From positions 840,001 to 872,000 of the forward strand of contig NZ_CP060530.1 of assembly GCF_016806735.1 (NCBI RefSeq): DNA of 32,000 nucleotides, in the 5' to 3' direction. This DNA is from Candidatus Micrarchaeum sp. (GTDB lineage Archaea; Micrarchaeota; Micrarchaeia; Micrarchaeales; Micrarchaeaceae). A program made the translations under genes and the position numbers. Shown here piece by piece: positions 8,385 through 15,500 of this stretch. Each line of letters starts with the position of its first letter. Position 1 is the stretch's first letter. The notes beneath the pieces were generated by a model. That model was given only the letters and a program-made list of their open reading frames with translations, was not told the origin of the DNA and did not search any database.

Positions 8385-9359
8385 TTATTTTTGAGGTTTT
8401 TTGTTGTAGTTCTCGTATTTTGTTGAGCGCTGCCATATCTCTTCGAATCTGGAAAGAGCCTCAGACCTGTTTATCGAGACTATGTGCTCGCTCTTCTTGT
8501 TTATTATGTTTATTGGAGGTATCTTGTACGCACTCTGCGAGTCTATTATAAGCCTTTCGTGCTGCTGCTGCGCGTCCGTATCCGACATAACCCTGAGCTC
8601 TAGTGAAACTCCCTTGTTGGACAACTCCTCTTTGAAATCGAAATAGCTCCTTTCAAAGTGGGAACCTAGCCTGTTTGCGCTTGTCAGCACCCTTACCAAG
8701 CTGTGGCCCTGTTCGTTGCCGTTCAGCAGCAGAAGAAGGTTTTCCACTGCCTTGTTGTCAAAGTGCATGTCGAGTATGCTCATGTCTCCTGAGAGCTTTG
8801 CAAAGAACTTCCTGGAGAGCACTAACATATTGGAATACGGTGTATCCGGGTTTATGTTTATCGGCCTTGCTGAATGCGTAGAATGCCTCCTGCTTGAATA
8901 TGAAAGCTCTAGAGAGCCAGCTATTATTCCCAGTGCAACGCCAAGGAACGGGCCAAGGCCCCGTATCGGGCCGAGGTAGAAGTCGGTGTTTAACACCCCG
9001 AGCAGCATCCCGAATACAACAGAAGAGAAGATAAGGCCGATGCCAAGCACCCTATAGCTTTGCTTTCCCAATAGCCATATCGCGCCTATTGCGAACATTA
9101 TCAATGCAAATGGCAGCATCACGTATGTGATGTGCACTGCTATGACTACTGCAGAAGATTCTGACAGTGATGCGAGGAGGGTGTTGGACGGGGTAATGTT
9201 GTATTCCGTTATCATTGAAGTTATGCCCTTTACCAAGCCCACAGAATATGACAGGATTTGCATGTAGTAGAAGTCAGAAAGCATCGCTATGAATCCTGCA
9301 AGAAGAGCCGAATACGCTAGGATTGCGTGATTTGATCCCTTGGACAGATTATCCTGCAT
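8385..9359 (-). CDS. Polytopic membrane protein with cytoplasmic C-terminal domain (cassette A, divergent partner)
   Basis: The ORF track gives 8385..9404. I prefer the ATG at 9359 (MQDNLSKGSNHAILAY...). It matches the N-terminal length of the paralogue starting at 23175 (MEIQRPSRSAHGRLAY...) and lies about 25 nt from a TTTAAATA box. Four to five hydrophobic helices, then a soluble domain of about 170 aa ('ILDMHFDNKAVENLL...VRVLTS...LELRV...HERLIIDS'). Confidence 0.65.
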   Translation of the reverse strand: MQDNLSKGSNHAILAYSALLAGFIAMLSDFYYMQILSYSVGLVKGITSMITEYNITPSNTLLASLSESSAVVIAVHITYVMLPFALIMFAIGAIWLLGKQSYRVLGIGLIFSSVVFGMLLGVLNTDFYLGPIRGLGPFLGVALGIIAGSLELSYSSRRHSTHSARPININPDTPYSNMLVLSRKFFAKLSGDMSILDMHFDNKAVENLLLLLNGNEQGHSLVRVLTSANRLGSHFERSYFDFKEELSNKGVSLELRVMSDTDAQQQHERLIIDSQSAYKIPPINIINKKSEHIVSINRSEALSRFEEIWQRSTKYENYNKKPQK

Positions 9360-9379
9360 ATGCATTACCAATAATTCAG

Positions 9380-9389
9380 ATTTAAATAG
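9380..9389 (-). promoter_or_regulatory. TATA-like box (CTATTTAAAT on the minus strand) for the cassette A membrane-protein gene
   Basis: Centred about 25 nt upstream of the ATG at 9359, which fits a leaderless transcript. It lies inside the longer ORF-track version of the gene. Confidence 0.35.
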
Positions 9390-9596
9390 CGCGGGCTCTT
9401 TCATCGCCCCAAGCGTATTTAGGCTGCAAACAATACCGTAAGCTTTATGCGCAAAGAAAAATTATATAGGTTTGTCCTTTTTATATAAGCGTATATTATT
9501 CTATAAGTAATTTTTGCTAGTAACATCAGCCATATTTAGAATAGGAGTGTATGTAAGTTTATTATAAATAGCATTCAAAACCACTATTGGATAATA

Positions 9597-9606
9597 ATTT
9601 AAATAT
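9597..9606 (+). promoter_or_regulatory. TATA-like box ATTTAAATAT upstream of the cassette A operon
   Basis: Same 10-mer as at 1171-1180, centred about 34 nt upstream of the ATG at 9635, within a 230-bp AT-rich divergent intergenic region. Confidence 0.35.
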
Positions 9607-9609
9607 CGT

Positions 9610-9623
9610 CCGGAATGTTCCGG
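9610..9623. promoter_or_regulatory. Perfect palindrome CCGGAA-TG-TTCCGG between TATA-like box and start codon
   Basis: 6-bp arms with a 2-nt spacer. It is the only GC-rich element in the AT-rich intergenic region, 12 nt upstream of the ATG at 9635. Candidate operator site. Confidence 0.3.
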
Positions 9624-9634
9624 GGTAATATGCC

Positions 9635-11677
9635 ATGAACTTGCATGCAATGCTTATGTCATTTGTAATTTTTGCCAGTATTGCAATACTCCCGTCTTAT
9701 TCTTTCGCAAGCAGCAACTCAAGCTCCACGCTCAGTGCCAATGTAGTGGTTGGATGCCCTTTCTCATTAAGCATGGACTTGCCAAGCAACAGCCTTACCG
9801 TTATACCTGAATATGGCAATTACCTAATTAGTTATGAATTGAAGCCCTTGGTAAACTGCAGGGTTCCCGGAATGGATGGAAAATTGCTAATAGAATCAAG
9901 CAATGGAAGCATAGCCGAATCGGAAAGTGCCAGCGTTAAGTCGTTCAATTCCTTAGTAAACGGCACGGTTGGGTTTAATGCGTCGGAATTGGAAATTGGT
10001 AATTACAACGCTTCCCTTGGCTTTAAAAACAATCAGACTGAAAATTCAATAACTTCGGCTTTCACCGTTTTGGCCCCAGTAAGTATCGTGCTTAAGAACT
10101 TCACTGTCAGCAGCTCAGTGACTATCGGATCGCCTGTAAACTTTTATATTGAGCTTTCGAACATTGGCAATTATAGCCCCAGTGACATAGAACTATTTAT
10201 CAACTCTACCGCTCCAGGTGCTAGGATAATTACAAATGATGTAAAAAACATAACTGCTTATCCCTCCACAGAGAATGTAACACTTACTGAGTATGGATTT
10301 GCAGGTAAGCCAGGCACTTATACTGCATACGCTTATGCAGAATATAAAAAGTCGGCCCATGGAAGAAACTACACCAAGAGCAACGTATTGAACTTCACAT
10401 ATACGGTAAACTTACCAAGCCATTCTGCACCCCATCCGATAACAGTACCGCCAACTCCGATACCGAAGATACCCAAGGCAAATCTCACAACGGTACCATT
10501 ATACTTAACTAGTGTGCCGAATGCGACAATAGGCACCAGCATAGGCATATCAAACCCGTCAAATTCCACAGAGACCATAAACTTCACCGTTCCGTCATAT
10601 CTAAGCAATATCGTAAAGCTTTCAGAGAATAGCATCGCCTTGAGCGCTGGTGGAACCGTTTCGGTAAATTTGCAAATAAACAGCAGAAACCTCAGCTCTG
10701 GCATCTATAACATACCGATAAATGTAACTGCTACTCTCAACAACAGGACTAGCGTTTATACCGATTACGTTACTTATTCGGTCTCAGGGAAGGAACCCAA
10801 CAAACCGGTTATAAACACGGCAGTTGAGCTGCTCAACAACACTAACGATGGATACATAGTCGTTAGCATAAGCACCCCAAGCAACGTGACCATAACCAAC
10901 GGCACGGCAATAACCTATTTGCCGCAGGGGCTAATACCAAACGAGAGCTACATGGACGCGTACGGCGTACCAAACAACATAACTGAAAGCAACGGCTATT
11001 ATTACATAGAATGGCATATAAGCAAGCTTGGCCCTAACCAGAACATATACGCATACGTATACGTGAAGAGGCCCAGCAGCCAGCTCCTGATGAGCGGCAT
11101 AACCACCAATATATTCGTTCCGACATCGAGCACTGCTAGCATATTGAGGCTGCTTTATGTTGATTCCCCGACTTTCAGGACTTACGGCAATGGAACAACC
11201 GAAGTGGAATTGTTGTATACTGGATCATACGCAGAAAACATTACATTCGGCCTCACAGGGCCATATTATATGACAATACACAACTCTTCTCAGACAGTGC
11301 TTGCGGTTCCAAACCAAGTACTGTATATTTACTTCAACCAGCATGCGGGAGGAATAGCCGGCACTTCGAATGAGAAACTCTATATAACTGCGCCGAACGC
11401 AGCGCTTAACTACTCGGTAGCACTTATAGTGATGCCAAGCCCAGTCAACACCACAACAACCACTACAATAAAGCCAAACGCGCTTGCAACCGCGTTGAAT
11501 TCCATAGGCAATGTAGCACGTAAGTATTTTATTGTTTTAATAATTGTAGCTCTGGCAATAATATTAAGCCTTGCTTATTATTCTTACAATAATAAATCGC
11601 ACTATAAGAGGGATAGGATAGATAGGATAGAAAGTATAAAGAAACAGATAAAAAGGAATTTGGATGAAAAGCGATAG
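9635..11677 (+). CDS. Exported type-I membrane glycoprotein with CARDB/Ig-like beta-sandwich domains (cassette A)
   Basis: Signal peptide 'MNLHAMLMSFVIFASIAILPSYSFA'. CARDB-like stretch 'FTVSSSVTIGSPVNFYIELSNIGNYSPSDIELFIN' and Pro-rich linker 'HSAPHPITVPPTPIPKIPK'. Further beta-rich domains, C-terminal TM 'YFIVLIIVALAIILSLAYYSY' and a basic tail of about 30 aa. Dense N-x-S/T sequons. Paralogue at 23267-25273. Confidence 0.7.
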   Translation: MNLHAMLMSFVIFASIAILPSYSFASSNSSSTLSANVVVGCPFSLSMDLPSNSLTVIPEYGNYLISYELKPLVNCRVPGMDGKLLIESSNGSIAESESASVKSFNSLVNGTVGFNASELEIGNYNASLGFKNNQTENSITSAFTVLAPVSIVLKNFTVSSSVTIGSPVNFYIELSNIGNYSPSDIELFINSTAPGARIITNDVKNITAYPSTENVTLTEYGFAGKPGTYTAYAYAEYKKSAHGRNYTKSNVLNFTYTVNLPSHSAPHPITVPPTPIPKIPKANLTTVPLYLTSVPNATIGTSIGISNPSNSTETINFTVPSYLSNIVKLSENSIALSAGGTVSVNLQINSRNLSSGIYNIPINVTATLNNRTSVYTDYVTYSVSGKEPNKPVINTAVELLNNTNDGYIVVSISTPSNVTITNGTAITYLPQGLIPNESYMDAYGVPNNITESNGYYYIEWHISKLGPNQNIYAYVYVKRPSSQLLMSGITTNIFVPTSSTASILRLLYVDSPTFRTYGNGTTEVELLYTGSYAENITFGLTGPYYMTIHNSSQTVLAVPNQVLYIYFNQHAGGIAGTSNEKLYITAPNAALNYSVALIVMPSPVNTTTTTTIKPNALATALNSIGNVARKYFIVLIIVALAIILSLAYYSYNNKSHYKRDRIDRIESIKKQIKRNLDEKR

Positions 11678-12476
11678 CAATTTTATAGTAAGCGATAGGC
11701 CTTACATACTTAGGATATCTGCCCAGAAAGGAGGTGTGGGCAAGACAACCATAGCAGTGAACCTTTCTGTCGCGCTGAAATTGAAAGGCTATTCCGTATT
11801 GTTAGTGGATGCAGACGCGTCGAATCCATCCGTAGGGCTTCATCTTGGGCTCGAAAATTCTACAGGAGGATTCATAGACCTCTTGAAGGGAAAGGCTAAT
11901 TTAGAATATACCGTAATTACGCACGGGCCCACAGGGCTTGCAGTAATATGCAGCCCCATAAGCATGCAGGCCTTCGGAATGAATGAGCATGAAGTGGAAG
12001 TCGCGTACAATACCCTCAAGAAATCGGATTATGACATCGTAATAGTCGACACGCAACCGGGATATTTCCCTGATGTAATAACAAGGAAGATAGACCATAC
12101 GCTTATAGTAACAAATCCGGACATGCCTAGCTACATGAGTGCATTGAGGCTTTCCGAGTATTTTTCTAGCAGGAAAGTCCCAAACATGCTGCTTGTGAAC
12201 AGGGTAAGCAATAAAAAATATGAGATAAACATAAAGGAAATAAGGGAAACCTACGAAGGGGAAATAGCAGCAATAGTGCCTGAAGACGAAATAGTACCTG
12301 TGAGTATAGCCTCCAAGATACCGGCTTTCTTGCTTAGCCCAAAAAACAGGTTCAGCAAAGCGATTTTAGATCTTGCTGAAAAGTTGATAGAGGAATCCGG
12401 AATCCCGAAAGCTGGCGATTCTGCATATATCACAAAAACTGACAAGCATAAGCCAGGCGCAGGCCGCAAAAAATAG
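11664..12476 (+). CDS. MinD/ParA-family (SIMIBI) P-loop ATPase (cassette A)
   Basis: Deviant Walker A 'SAQKGGVGKTT', 'VLLVDAD' and Walker B 'DIVIVDTQPG'. No signal peptide or TM segment. The start overlaps the upstream stop by 14 nt. Paralogue at 25274-26092. Confidence 0.85.
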   Translation: MKSDSNFIVSDRPYILRISAQKGGVGKTTIAVNLSVALKLKGYSVLLVDADASNPSVGLHLGLENSTGGFIDLLKGKANLEYTVITHGPTGLAVICSPISMQAFGMNEHEVEVAYNTLKKSDYDIVIVDTQPGYFPDVITRKIDHTLIVTNPDMPSYMSALRLSEYFSSRKVPNMLLVNRVSNKKYEINIKEIRETYEGEIAAIVPEDEIVPVSIASKIPAFLLSPKNRFSKAILDLAEKLIEESGIPKAGDSAYITKTDKHKPGAGRKK

Positions 12477-12553
12477 AAATATTGCATTTATTGCAAGGAT
12501 CATTGAATTTGTATTTTGCCGTATGCAATTCATGAATATTATGCAAATGGGAG

Positions 12554-15500
12554 ATGGAAATGAAGGGATACCTAATCACAATATGCATTTTTATTATGGC
12601 CCTTTCAATCTCATCGGCACAGGCTTTAGGAACAGCAAATTATAATTCGATAGTACCATCGCAAGCGAACAATCAAAACCAAAACGGAATAGGCAATACT
12701 TATCCGAACGGGTTAGCATATCCTGAAAATGAGCTTTCATCAATGTATTCCAATTTGTTCAACAAGAGCATGATAAAGGGCATAAACAGCCATTTTCTTG
12801 CCAATATTTCCAAAAATTTGGTAGCTTATGGCATAGGCCAGAGTTTTCAGAACGGCTCATACGTTTATAAAATAAACGCAGTGTATCCAAAAAACGGAGA
12901 TATAAATAGCATAGGAAACGAAACTTTTAGCCTGAGAATAATAAAGCCAATAGTTGGGAGTGACGGAAGTGTTATCCTGAAATCCAACTCTGCTTACATA
13001 CCGAGCATGATTAAGGTGCCTATAATATACAATGGAAGCAATCTGCTCTTGAACCTTTCTGTAAAACTCGATTCATCATATAAAAATGAGATAACAGACA
13101 TAGTATTGAGCAAAACACCCCCGCCGAACTTAGAAAGCCGGTTCAGCGGAACCCCATATTATTACATTCATGTAAATAGCTCGATAAACGACACGAATGT
13201 CATAGATGCAAATTACACTTTTGCAGTAAACAAAAGCTGGATAAATTCCCAGAATATAAGCCCAGGGCAGGTTGCCCTATATAAGTATGTGGGTGGCAAA
13301 TGGATGGAAATGCCAACCTTGCTGATAGGCAACAATTCCACTGCGTATTTTTACGATGGTGAATCTGATTCCCTATCCGATTACGTAATCTCATATTCTA
13401 CAGGCAGCGCAACGGGCAGCGCGAATCCGCTGAGTGTTACATTGCCCGCAGGCTACAAGCTTTACCTATGTGATGCAGGCGCGAACTACACTTTCTCAAC
13501 GACAGCGGCAAACAGCTGGACTGCTCTTCAAAATGCTACTTCCCCTTCAAGCCCGCCGCCGGCAGCTTCAGTAGGTTATCAGACAAACAATGTATGTACA
13601 GCATACACCCCGGCAATAAAGGGGCGCAGGAATGCTTATACAGTAGGCCTTGCAGTAGCAGGCATTGGCCTAAATATAACAAATTACAATTTTTATGGCG
13701 CATCGGCCAACAGCAGCACAACCGCAAGCTTGACGTATCCAGTCACAGTTAATGGCTCTTTTGTTGCCATACTTGTAGCTTCTGGTTATTACGGATTGAC
13801 AGGCTTGCCCACGGTCCCAAGCGGTTGCAGTATTCAGCAGATAACTACAAATGCTACAAGCTATGAATCTGCTTACATATCAACCTGCAATAACGTCCAA
13901 AAAGGAAGCTATAACGCAACTGCAAGCAACGGCGATGGAGGGGCAACAGTAATAGGATCTTTTGTATTCCCGCCAGGCAATGTAATATTGGATGACAACC
14001 CGACTGGAGCAGGAAGCATATTTACTAACAATAAGACTTATACTAATGGGCAGAACAGCTTGCTCTTAGGAAAAGGAGAGATATCTGCAAAGCCTGCGAA
14101 CAACTTTGTATTCACTAACTGGAGCGTTAGCAATGCGAACCTGACGGTGCAGAATGCATATGCGCAGACTACGAACCTGACAGTAGTCGGAAACGGAATA
14201 TTGACTGCAAATTACAACGGAATAACCACTTTCTCAGAAAGCGGGCTGCCTTCCGGAGCCACGTGGAGCGTTGTTTATGACGGAATAACCAACAGCAGCG
14301 CATTGAGTTCTATATCTTTTGACACTGTGCCAGGCAGCCACACTTTCGCAATAGCAAACGTGACGTACAACGGCAAAACATATATCGCAAAGCCGAGTTC
14401 TGGCAGTGTTGTTGCGGGAAACGTTACAAGCGTAGCATTCAGCGAGGAAGGAGTATTGTCTTTAGTAGTATCGTCTAACAGGACTGCATATGACACATCA
14501 GATATAGTAACTGCAACTGCGCCTCTGCCATCGCAAAGCATTGAGATATTGATAGGCCAGGGCACTGCAAAAGGCGTTCTTGTTTCATCAGGCACTGGAA
14601 GCGCATCGTGCAACCTTTACAGCACATGCAATGCAAATGTACCGTTGGCTGCAGGACTCTACAACGTTAGCGCATACCTTCCGTCCACAGGGAACGTAAT
14701 CAGCGAAGAGGTAAACATAACGAAGGCTTCGCCTTCATTAACTCTTTCAGTGCCTAATAGTTATGTTTATGATGGAAGCGGAGGAACCATAGATTTTGGG
14801 ATAAGTTCATACAACAATCAATTGCAAGGCACGCTTTACGTTAACAATGCAAGCGTAGCTTCCACATTTTCCAGCAATACTTACACAACATCTGCAAGCG
14901 TAGGAAACTACAGCATTGCGTTCAAAACAAGCGGCAATGTGAATTATACGAGTGCATCGAGAACGGGAAAATTCAGCATATACCCAAAGCTTTATACTGT
15001 AAATTATACTTCTGCAGGAGCAGTTGGGACAACCGATACTCTTTCCGTTAGCACTTCAACAGGTTATGATATTTATTTATGCGATGGTGGAACAAGCTAT
15101 GGTACGCTAACTTATACTACAGGAACCATAGACCTTTCTAACACTTATTCTTATATAGGAAACCAAACAACAAATACGTGCACTGAAACTACAACCGGTC
15201 CGGATCTTGCCGAGGCAATACTAGGAGTTAAAGCTTTGCATACTTATACTTTATACGATTCTTCAGGAACCGCAACCGACAGCTTTACTTATAATGTAGT
15301 AAAGAACGATTCGTTTGTGGCAATAATGCTGTCTTCGGGATATTATGGCCTTTCTTCTGCACCTACAGTTCCAAGCGGCTGCATAGAAAAGGTTTATGAT
15401 ACTGGAGGCGATACATACGAAAGCAGCTACATAGCAATATGCCAATCGCAGATAGCTGGGCAGTATACAGTAAGCTCTTCTTCTACGCTTGGAGGGTATA

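Noticed and set aside
8358-8400. Long T-rich run (tttatttttatttttgtttttatttttgaggtttttt) considered as an intrinsic terminator
   Set aside because: The T runs are on the + strand, but both flanking genes are on the minus strand, where the sequence reads as A runs. Part of it encodes the Lys/Asn-rich C-terminus of the 8385-9359 protein.
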